In this document: one piece after another, positions 1 to 9,730 of the stretch | Layout of the letters: every line of letters begins with the position of its first letter | Position numbering within the stretch: the stretch's first letter is position 1 | Source of the DNA: Podarcis gaigeae | Taxonomy: Eukaryota | Assembly (NCBI GenBank): GCA_964106915.2 | Contig: OZ066919.1 | DNA length: 64,000 bases | Reading direction: 5' to 3' (one strand) | Notes under the pieces: model-generated | Told to the model about the DNA's origin: nothing | The model's input: only the letters and a program-made list of their open reading frames with translations | The model's database searches: none | Position numbers and translations under genes: made by a program

Positions 1-771
1 ATGGAAAGACTCAGGACAGAAGCTGAGACTGTCTGCAATCGGATCATGCACTGCACCACCAAGCTACGGCCCTGCCATGATTTGCTCAGCTATCAGTTTT
101 CTAGCAACAACAATGAGTTTTGTTTTAAATGCAGCCTGTTGGAGTCTTGGAGATGTGCTTAGCAAAATGAGTTTGAGAGAGCAAGAGCTCCCCTGCAGCT
201 TCATTCTTCAGCATGACAAGTACAAGCTATTATGTGATGTGCTCTGGCTGTATGTGGAGCGTGGCTGTCACCCAGTGGCCATTTTGTGCTGCTTCTTCTG
301 CCTAGTTTGTGTGTCTGTTCTTATAAGCCTTTCCTTGTGATAACTGAGGACCAAACAAGATGTAGTGTTAAATGCGTATTTAGCAACGACTGGTGGCCAT
401 GGGTATTGATGGGTACTGGAGCCAGAGCCAATGGCAGGCAGCGCCACCTTCTGACTGGCTATAAGAAAGAAGGCAGGAAGGTGGAGACTGGCCATGGGCA
501 TGCTGAAATTGGTGGGATAGTGCCCCCATTTGTTTTAATGCACCAGCCTCCTTAAAAAAAAATACCAGTAGCAGCCACTGGCGTTGCAGCAGATGAGGAG
601 GAGATTAACCATTGTCTCTCATGCTGCAGTCCTGATCAAAATTGCCCCTTTGACACTGCTGTTTGCTTTGGAAGAAAATCCCCCCACTGTTTCCATAAGT
701 ACATTTTATCCATTGTGTGATTTATTTCCATAACCAAGATTTTAGGTGACAGTAGCACAATACGCACAATA

Positions 772-1118
772 TGCGGGTTGCGCTGTGGGTTAGATTACAG
801 AGCCTAGGACTTGCCAATCAGAAGGTCGGCAGTTCGAATCCCCGCGACGGGGTGAGCTCCCATTGCTCGGTCCCTGCTCCTGCCAACCTAGCAGTTCAAA
901 AGCACATCAAAGTGCAAGTAGATAAATAGGTACCGCTCCGGCGGGAAGGTAAACGGCGTTTCCGTGCACTGCTCTGGTTCGCCAGAAGCAGCTTAGTCAT
1001 GCTGGCCACATGACCCGGAAGCTGTAAGTCGGCTCCCTCGGGCAATAAAGCGAGATGAGCGCCGCAACCCCAGAGTTGGTCATGTCTAGACCTAATGGTC
1101 AGGGGTCCCTTTACCTTT
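772..1118 (+). mobile_element. Sauria SINE, near full length
   Basis: GCGCTGTGGGTT..CAGAGCCTAGGACTTGCC.ATCAGAAGGTCGG..GTTCGAATCC tRNA-like head with B box; body shared with the 26310 copy; TTTACCTTT tail. Confidence 0.9.
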
Positions 1119-1119
1119 T

Positions 1120-1328
1120 GTTGTTGCTGTTTAGTCGTTTAGTCATGTCCAACTCTTCGTGACCCCATGGACCAGAGCACGCCAGGCACTTCTTTCTTCC
1201 ACTGCCTCCTGCAGTTTGGTCAGACTCATGCTGGTAGCTTCGAGAACACTGTCCAACCATCTTGTCTTCTGTCATCCCCTTCTCCTTGTGCCCTCCATCT
1301 TTCCCAACATCAGGGTCTTTTCCAGGGA
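1120..1328 (-). mobile_element. BovB (RTE LINE) 3' fragment
   Basis: Minus strand encodes SLEKTLMLGKMEGTRRRG (BovB RT C-terminus), followed by the typical GTCCATGGGGTCACGAAGAGT.GGACA.GACT 3' end and a CAA-like tail. Confidence 0.9.
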
Positions 1329-2058
1329 CCTAGCACAATCTGCTGTTGGTATGTCCTGGAAGGGATAGTTTTGCTTCTGGTAAATTGGCTGTGCTGCTGT
1401 TTGTTCCCCTTTAAACATCTGACAACATGCTTGTTCTTGCACAAGGGCAGGACAATGAAAAAAGAGCAGATCTGAGGGGAATTGTAAACAAAGCAAAACT
1501 ATTAACCAACAACATCCATATGTTGAAAGAGGAGGAGCTGATTACTAATTACAACCTCTAATAGACCTGCACAACTGTATTCTACATAGTGATTTACTGT
1601 CCTGGGAAAGTATAGCATTCACCCTAGGTACAAAATATTGCACTCTGAGTGCTTGGACACTAAAATAACCAAGCAAAAAAAGAGGGGGGACTATCTGCCT
1701 GCAGACTGTCTGCAACAAATGTGTATTTGTAGCACCAAAAATGGTCATGCCGGAAGGCCCTAGATGACTGATTTGGGAGGGTGCCTTCCTAATGTCACAT
1801 GGCTGAAGTGCATTGATTAATCTTTAAATGCTCTATTTGTTTTTGCTTCCATGTCTTCTACAACAGCCTAGTGTTAAGTAGAGCAGAGGATGATTTGTGT
1901 TAGGCAAGGCTTGAGATGCATTAGTTGGTAACTCTGACAAATCCGCAGTGTGCAGGGAACTCTGGCAATACCTGATTGTCACCAAGATCCACAACTGATT
2001 TTGTCTCTCCTGTTGTTCATGTGATCATCATCTCAGACTCTCTGTCCTCATTCCACAG

Positions 2059-2173
2059 GAGTCTGGACCGACTTGATTCGGTGGAGATCCTTTTGCCTCC
2101 AAAATTCCCAAGCTGGGAGGAAGAATACAACCAGATCGCAGACAACCTTAATGAGTCCAGTTGCATCAACCAG
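2059..2173 (+). CDS. DLGAP4: DLGAP4 (SAPAP4) internal coding exon
   Basis: ttccacAG|G acceptor and CAG|GTAAGA donor; encodes (R)SLDRLDSVEILLPPKFPSWEEEYNQIADNLNESSCINQ, matching recalled mammalian DLGAP4 RSLDRLDSVDMLLPSKCPSWEEDY...NDSSCISQ; ends phase 0. Confidence 0.93.
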
Positions 2174-2412
2174 GTAAGAGCCAGCAGTTCACAGCACCAA
2201 GGAGGACCAGCCTGAGAGTGGGGAAGGAGCAGTAAGGTGGGGGGAGGTGGCTTTATATAAGATCATTTGCTCACATTGCAGCTCAAAACAAATTTTGCAT
2301 TTCCCACATTGGCCAGAATGTGAAGTCAATCTCTTCTGCTTCCGATTGCTGTCAATACAGTACTTGAGCACAAATATCTCAGAAGAGGTTCAAAGGCAAT
2401 ATGTGTTGTTTA

Positions 2413-2455
<43 letters not shown>
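2413..2455. repeat. (TAT)n microsatellite
   Basis: Directly visible. Confidence 0.95.
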
Positions 2456-2456
<1 letters not shown>

Positions 2457-2604
2457 TGACTCTATCCTCCCCAATAAATACTCAGCATTCTGTGGCCACT
2501 GAGCATGCTCAGTCCTCATTGGGTTGTTTTGGGGTCCTTCCTTTCCCTTTAGGGTTGGCCCCTGCTTCTTCTGCAAACCTTGGTATTTCCCCAAGCTGGC
2601 TATT

Positions 2605-2606
<2 letters not shown>

Positions 2607-2645
<39 letters not shown>
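2607..2645. repeat. (GT)n microsatellite
   Basis: Directly visible. Confidence 0.95.
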
Positions 2646-2646
<1 letters not shown>

Positions 2647-5600
2647 ATTGTGCTGTTTGGCCTGCATAAGGATTGGCACAGAGAGAATCAGTTCACTACT
2701 AGTATATAGGATGATAAGATGAACCTTGCTGGATCAGAATAAAGTTCCATCTAATCCAGTGTCTTGGATCAGACAATGGACAAGCTGATGCCTCTAGGAA
2801 GCCAGCAAGGTATGGAGGTGACAACCTTCCCCTTCTGTTTGCTTGTCCCCCGGCAACTGGCCCCTGAAGCTGGAGGTTCCCTGTAGCTAACAGCCACGGA
2901 TGGACTTAACTTCCTGAACTTGTCCGTGTGGGAACAAAACTAAAGTGGGTGAGGTCAAAGCTGGCAGTGGATGGAGCTACTCCACACTCCCTCACACACT
3001 TGCATGAACACTACACCCACATCTCTCACACACATGCATACATGCCGCCCATCTTTCTTTCACACACTGTGTATATCTCTCACAGACACTCTTGCTCAGG
3101 GGGATGCAAAGGGCTACCCCACACACTCTTTAGCTGTTCTAGAATCATTGCCACCAAGGGCCGGATCCTGTGGCATGGTGATTAGCTTTACACTACTTGA
3201 ACACATGTTGAAAGAGTGACTGAGGCAGTTAAGTGAAAAAGAGAGGCCTGCACCTTTCATAGTTGTGTAGAAGGGGGGGTCCCAGCAGGTGCTGGGGGGG
3301 GAGCAGGTATCTCTCTTCTAGCCAGCTCTTCAAAGCACAGGAGCCTTGTCTTCTTTTGTGTCTGATGTGTGTGTATGGATGTGAATTCTTTGAAAAGTGG
3401 GTTTAGCCAGCTGGTGAAAACCTTCACAGGACCAAGAATGACATCAAAATCCTGTGTTCATGTATACTGAGTAAACACATCACCAAGCAGAAGTTATTAA
3501 TACATTTTACTGGAAGACCAGCATTGACTCTGTACCACAAGGGATGGATCACATGTGAGATTCAAATACAGGCACAATATTTGCTTTTGTGATATTTCTC
3601 TATACCTTCCATTTGTCTGGTGTCTCCCCCTTTATAAAAAAAATACTTTGTGAAGCTGTTTGAGATCCTCAGGAAAGAGGCTATATTATATTTGTCCAAT
3701 AAGAAACAATCAGCAACCATGTCTTGGATGTTGCAAATCAAGCGCATCAAACTCCTTTAAGAGTAGCAAGCACATTATTCTTCTAAGTCTCAGGTAGCAG
3801 AAAGGTTTCGATTTGTTACATTTCTGTATCACTTCCCAACACACACAAACACATCCCCAAAGCAATTTACAGCCAGAGCAAAAACAGGGTTATGAAAATG
3901 CACAAGCTTATCAAAAGCATAGGGTAGCATTTGATGGTAATCCTACTCATAGCAAACCCACTGAAGTTAACAAACATAACTAATTTATGGTTCATTAATT
4001 TCAGTGGGTCTACTCTAAGCAGTTGAACACCATCTATAGGCCCACCCTCTCAAACCCTGAGCCAACCCTGATTCACAATTGTAGTAGTGTTTTGTGGGAG
4101 GGTTTGTTTGAAATCTGCCAGCATTGTTGAAAGGAGATCACTATGACATGATTCTCTATTGATACAATTGACCACTGAGCCAGCCTACCAGTAATCCATG
4201 AGCCCAGCCCTCAAATTTTGCTCATGGTCATGTGCTTCTGCGGTGGTTGAAACGTTGTGAATTTTATTCTTGCTGTGAGGCTATCAGTGAGATTTTATTC
4301 TTCAGGGCTTTCCATAAAGAAGCTGCATCCTAGAGATTCTGCTAATGCCTGAAGAGAAAGAAGAAAATACAATTACTCATGAGCCATTTAAACCCAAATT
4401 ACATGAAAATTGATATGCATATGATAGGAGATAGGCATCTATACAAAATACCAACATTAACCTTTGCCATTTTAAGCAAGCAGGTTCTTAGATTGTCGTT
4501 TTAAACCAAATGTTAATTTTTGAATTTTCAAAAGGTTTTCATTTCCTACCATATGCACAAACCTGCTTTCATTTCTGAACAGTATTATCTCTCTAGAAAG
4601 CACTTAGAAATGGCTTATGTGGCCTTTTTCCCGCAACAAGAAAAAATGAGAATTTTCCTATCCAAATCTGATTAATTTAGCACCAAGAAAATTGCAAAGG
4701 AACTTCCTTTGTTCCGAATACATTTCTCAATGGCTCAGTTTGGATTATCTTTCCTAGATTTTTTCCAGCATGAGGGAAACAAGAAGTTCTGGAATCTACT
4801 TCATCAATTCCATTTTAATGAAGTGTAACAACCACATGCACCTAGTCTTAAGAGTTCTCAAATTGGACCACACAGCGATTCCTGCTGAGTCCAGGTGGGA
4901 TGTACAACCCCATCTAAGGCTCCAACCCTATGCAAACGCCTTTGGGAATAAGTTCCACTGACCTCAGCAGAAGTTCCTCCAAAGGCTCAGTCCTTTTATT
5001 AAGAATTCTGAGTCCAAGCTCTTCTACTTAGATTATGCTTTACTAGCATAATCATTCTCCACAGAGTTGTAGGTTAACTCTATACAGATCTGAATGGCCA
5101 TTAGAATGGAAAGGGAAAGAATGAGAGAAATGTAATGTGTTGGCAGCAACCAGTCTGTTGGGGAGTGTGCTACTTGCTGAGGCAAATAACTCAGGTGAGG
5201 AGTTTATCATTAAACAGGGTATCATAGCTATGATAAAGGAACATCTTGCCTACAATGGGTTCAGGTGTTTTGCTGTTTTTTGACTAGATCTTCATAATGT
5301 GGTGGTAAGGGTCTGACAAAGCAATCAATATAATACCTGCACTATGTGTATCCTAGTAGATTAAATTGAAAATACTTGTATCAGTGGTAGCTTGATGAGA
5401 ACCAGTCTATTGGTGGTGAGAAGAACTAATCAATATACAAACACAGCCATTCTGGGTGTAGGAATTGTGCTCATGATTTTTGAATGATCTTGTTAGAAGA
5501 GCATATAGAATGCTAAGATCTGTAAAGATTCAGATTGGGCAACACAAACTAAGTACCAATATTGTGGAGCTTTGTACCTCTTTTCCAGTTCCCAGACAAT

Positions 5601-5944
5601 TCCTATTATTTGGACTTCAGAATTTTGTATTATTTATGGCAATTGGAGAATAGGCTTTTGCTGTAAACTGTGAAAGGTTGACTGATCACCCTTGTATTAA
5701 AAATAAGTTTTTGTCAAAGTGTTCACTGTAACCAGGGGCTGATCTTTTTGTCTGTTTTGTTTGTGTTGATTTTTGTTTCACTGTGCTTGGTTAGTTTCCT
5801 CATGAGCCTTTGGCTTGGACGTCATGGAGCAAAACTGTTACATGGTCACCACTGTCACTCTTTGATCCCTGTAGAGTGCTTCTGTACAGAAGCAGTGAAA
5901 TCCCCATCCCTCACGCTTTAATCTTCTCCAACTCTTTCTTCCAG

Positions 5945-5995
5945 ATGTTTGGACAACCCTCATTTATCCCACAGATATTTACACAAGGAGAGCAG
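5945..5995 (+). CDS. DLGAP4: DLGAP4 51-nt internal coding exon
   Basis: Polypyrimidine tract ending ccAG, donor CAG|GTACTG; encodes MFGQPSFIPQIFTQGEQ (17 aa), matching recalled DLGAP4 IFGQASLIPQLFGHEQQ; phase 0-0, joins neighbouring exons in frame. Confidence 0.88.
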
Positions 5996-7622
5996 GTACT
6001 GTCATCTGACAAATCTTCTACTGCCCCTTACATGCACAAAGGAAGTTACCTTATACATCCAGGCCACTGATCCACCTACTTAAGCACTGGCTGCAGTGGC
6101 TGGCATCAGCTCTCCAAAGTCCCAGGCAGGATTCTCTCCCAGCACTTTAATGTGCTTACTGGGTATCAAACTTTCTGAATAGTTGTGCTGCCTTTTAGAG
6201 ACCGTTGCACAATATTTGAGGCTGGGCTGCCTGTTGAGAGGAGGTAAGAGGAACTGGGGTGAGCTGAGTGAAGTAGCAGAGAGTCTGCATCTTATTCCGA
6301 GGTGGATTGGTGGTGGCAGATGTTCCCTGCTGCCTTCAGTGCTGGAGTGAGGCTCAAGCTAAATCTTCTTGTGACAGGGTCTGACCTGGCTCAAAATCAG
6401 TAGATATGAAGGATACCTTTGGAAATCAGAGAAGGAACCCATCTTAAAGATTTATGCCCTGTATGGAGGGATCAGGAAAAAGGACAAAAAATAATCTGGG
6501 TTAGGTTAAGAAAACAAGTGGCCCTTACTGCTTCAGTTTAAATTGTTCTTTATTATGCATTGATTCCCTACGAAGGTTTAAATATATGGATATCTTGTTC
6601 AACTGGCGTCAGCCACACCAAGGTTAGTGGCGGAAACTGGGCTTAACAAACATGCGAAAGCATCAGCATCATACTGAAAGGGCTTTACGACAAATGCTAT
6701 GTAGGAACAGCTGGGATAGGATGGAAAACATTAGCCCCTGCTGTGTTCCTCTGCATAATCTGAGAAGAATCTTTTAGCTTAGAACTGGATGTAAATATGA
6801 TAGGCTTTGGTGAAATGAATAGAATTAATTCTTCCCAATTATAAACATGACCCAGGAATAGATTATTAAATTTGGGGACATATGCGGAAGCTTAAGAGTT
6901 GCTGAGCATCACAGAGTGATTAATGTGCTTTTGGGTTCTTTCTCCCTAAGCTTACCTGGGCATTGTAACATCCTCATTCACAGAAATTCCATGTCCCCAT
7001 CCTTTGAGGATCTCAAATAACTTTATATCACCATTGAACTAGTCTCACAGCATCCTTGCCCAGCTTGTGATGCACCAAGCTTGAGTACAACCCAGAAGCA
7101 ATGTATGGTGGTGACCCATCAGAGGCTTGGTGAACTTCCTGGCTCTTCTGCTGCCTGATTGGCAGTGCCAAAGCACAGGTACAGACAAGCACCTCACAAA
7201 CAAGAATGCAGCAGAGCTGGTGGCCTGCGTCGCTATCTCGGCTACAAGTTGTGCTTCTTCTGCTTTGAAGTCAAGAAAAAATGGACCTGTGTCAAAAGCC
7301 AACAGTACATTATTTAAAGCAGGAATGGGGAACCTGTGGCTCTCCAGATCTTGTTGGACAATAACTCCCACTGGCTCCTGCTGGCAGGGCCCAATGGCCA
7401 GGGATAGTGGAAGCTGTCATCCACCAACATCTAGAGGGCCATATGTTCCCCATTTCTGATTTGAAGAGAAGAACCTTCAACCACTGCATTCCACATACTA
7501 ACTTATAAATTCATACATTTTACCAACACAATAAATGCATTCAAGCAAAAAGGGAGGGGAACCCATGAGATCATATCTGGGAAGTTCTTTTGGCAGGAGA
7601 ATGACCAGCTTTGTTCTTGCAG

Positions 7623-7869
7623 GCAAGAGAACCAGAGCTGAACGACCAATATGAGGGGATGTGCGAATCAGCCTACAGCGAAGCAGAATCGGCCACTGTA
7701 GAAGTCCTGGACCTGCCTCTTCCCAGTTACTTTCGCTCCCGGAGCCACAGCTACCTCCGAGCAATCCAGGCAGGCTGCTCCCAAGAGGAGGACACCATCT
7801 CAGTGCGGTCTCTCTCTCCACCCCCAGCCAACAGCATCAGTGGCAGTCGGACGCTTCCCAGCAACAGCA
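7623..7869 (+). CDS. DLGAP4: DLGAP4 internal coding exon with GKAP/SAPAP repeat
   Basis: ttcttgcAG acceptor, A|GTAAGT donor (phase 1); encodes AREPELNDQYEGMCESAYSEAES...LDLPLPSYFRSRSHSYLRAIQAGCSQEED..., containing the SAPAP family repeat RSHSYLRAI. Confidence 0.96.
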
Positions 7870-8222
7870 GTAAGTCTGACCATATGGAGCTGGAGTGGAG
7901 GGGAGCGGGAACTGGAGGGGGTGGCCAGACATGGCTTGGCTAGAGTGTGATGAACTTTGTAAAGAGAGTTTTGAGCACAACATAAATTTCCAGGTCGGTG
8001 TTGCTTCAAAGAAGCAGTGACTGGGTTTTTCCATACGCACTGAATGGGGGATTTGGATCTGGTTTCAATTAACGTAAGCATTTAGAAGTTGACCTATCTA
8101 TTTATCAACTTTTTATATCTTATATTCTATTTCTGTATCAGCGCTACAGAGAATGATTTGACTCAAAAATCAGAGTGCAATCCAGCCAAAGTTCAGTATT
8201 ATGGAGGAGTCTTTCTCCTCTA

Positions 8223-8464
8223 CAGTGGTACCTCGTGTTATGTACTGTCCCCCTTATGAATGCTTCAGGTTACATGCTCCAATAACCCGGAAGTAGATGC
8301 CCCTTGTTGTGAACTTTGCCCCAGGATGCAAGCAGAAGTCGCGCTCCAGCAGTGCGGCAGCAGTGAGAGACCCCATAAGCGAAAGTGCGCCTCATGTTAC
8401 AAGCCATTTCCGGTTACGAATGGACCTCCGGAACGGATTAAGTTCGTAACCAGAGGTACCACTG
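8223..8464. mobile_element. Tc1/mariner-type MITE
   Basis: TA|CAGTGGTACCTC...GAGGTACCACTG|TA. Confidence 0.9.
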
Positions 8465-8627
8465 TATTCCCTTTATGCCACATTGCTAGGCACTTTCTGT
8501 TTCAGTGTGGCATAGAAATGCTTCTTTTCCATACCCTAGTATGAATATATCTAAATGGGATTGTTTGATTGTAGTGATATCCTAAAGGAATATATATAAT
8601 AACTCCTCCTCATGTACTTGGGAGAAG

Positions 8628-8752
8628 CATAGAATTGTGGAGTTGGAAGGGACCCTGAGGATCATCTAGTTTGACCCCTTTCAGTGCAGGAATATGCACC
8701 TGTTCCATACAGGGATTGAATCTGTGACCTTGGCATTATGAGCACCACGCTC
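8628..8752 (-). mobile_element. tRNA-derived SINE with CR1-type tail, head truncated at the ERV junction
   Basis: Same family as the 21462, 30055 and 37397 copies (GTCCCTTCCAACTC.ACAATTCTATG tail); stops before the A box. Confidence 0.75.
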
Positions 8753-8891
8753 GGTGTTAAGATCCGGCCAGCAGTGGTTTCAAATCTTATCTTGTCCACC
8801 ATCAAGGGCTAGTTTCCTAGGCACGACAAGTTTAAAACAATCTTGGAAACTGACTGTTAATACAGGGTCTGCCGAAGATTTTAATCACCAC

Positions 8892-9035
8892 TAGTTGTTC
8901 CGTAATTAACTGGGCTGCCACTGCAAGCTTCTGTCTAGGCAAGGGCCACTGATCCACCCATACGGGGGTGTCTGTGGTCCAGCAGAGAGAAAGCGCAGTC
9001 CGGGGCATGGCAGGGGCAGCCCTCAGCATAAATTT
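8892..9035 (-). pseudogene. pol: ERV pol 5' stub (first ~45 aa of RT), remainder deleted
   Basis: LCWTTDTPVWVDQWPLPRQKL...LITEQL matches the beta/alpha RT N-terminus (W.SD.PVWV.QWPL..EKL....L..EQL); similarity stops after EQL and the frame stops at 8832. Confidence 0.9.
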
Positions 9036-9730
9036 GTAGAAATTGTAGTTTCCGCTGCAGCAAGCAGATCTCGCCCCCAAAGGGAGACGGGAATGTCCAG
9101 AACCAGTGGTAAGATAGTCATCTCAAAGCCTTGTGAGCCTTGAATCAAAATAGGGTTCCTGCTGCGTCGGGCAGCTGCAGCGCCACCAACGCCAATAACA
9201 GAGGAAGCTGGCTCAAGTGGCCAGGCGGAGGGCCAATCCTTAATAGCAATCACAGAACAGTCTGCCCCCGTGTCCAAAACCCCTTCAATCGTGCGACCCC
9301 CAAGGGTCATCTGGATCTTTGGACGCTTCTCTGTGACTGGGAAGGTAGCAGCAACAAGGGGGTCATGGTCCTGGGTTGGCCCTGGGACGCATATGAGCTT
9401 TGCTATAGGAGAACCTGATTGCAAACGTGCCTGGCGATCAGAAAATACAGTCACATAGGGGTCATTTTGTTGTAATCCATGTAAAACATCTGGAACAAGG
9501 TGAATCCCATGCTGCAAAACCTCTGACAGTGGAAAAACAAGGCACTGTGCTGAAGAAGAAAAACCAGCCTCTAATGACACTCTGACTTGGTGTGGTACAT
9601 AGGGGACTGGCAGGTATAAGTCCTGAATTAAAAGGAGGCGGGGCAAGGCCGGAGGTGAGATGGCTGGAGAATGCGCTGGATCCCCTATTGTTGAGCCTGG
9701 GCCCGGGGTGGGCCCGACTGCCGGTTTCCC
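9023..9730 (-). CDS. pro: ERV Pro (-1 frame): degenerate dUTPase-like domain plus aspartic protease
   Basis: LDTGAD active site, WPSAWP, IGVGG flap, LWGRDLL; upstream segment ends GSPIAKLICVP (cf. dUTPase motif G.RIAQL); entered via G GGA AAC. Confidence 0.93.
   Translation of the reverse strand, partial: GKPAVGPTPGPGSTIGDPAHSPAISPPALPRLLLIQDLYLPVPYVPHQVRVSLEAGFSSSAQCLVFPLSEVLQHGIHLVPDVLHGLQQNDPYVTVFSDRQARLQSGSPIAKLICVPGPTQDHDPLVAATFPVTEKRPKIQMTLGGRTIEGVLDTGADCSVIAIKDWPSAWPLEPASSVIGVGGAAAARRSRNPILIQGSQGFEMTILPLVLDIPVSLWGRDLLAAAETTISTNLC
9029..9035 (-). promoter_or_regulatory. pro-pol -1 slippery heptamer A AAT TTA
   Basis: At the end of pro (T-N-L-C-stop), in register with the RT frame; same heptamer as RSV gag-pol. 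Confidence 0.8.
9680..9730 (-). promoter_or_regulatory. gag-pro -1 ribosomal frameshift site with H-type pseudoknot
   Basis: GGGAAAC (9730-9724), spacer, then GGGCC-CACCCC-G-GGCCC-AGGCUCAACAAUA-GGGG: stem 1 GGGCC/GGCCC and stem 2 CCCC/GGGG, the layout of the SRV-1/MPMV signal. Confidence 0.85.

Noticed and set aside
2189-2210. REST/RE1-like CAGCACCAAGGA motif
   Set aside because: Right half-site deviates too far from GGACAGCGCC
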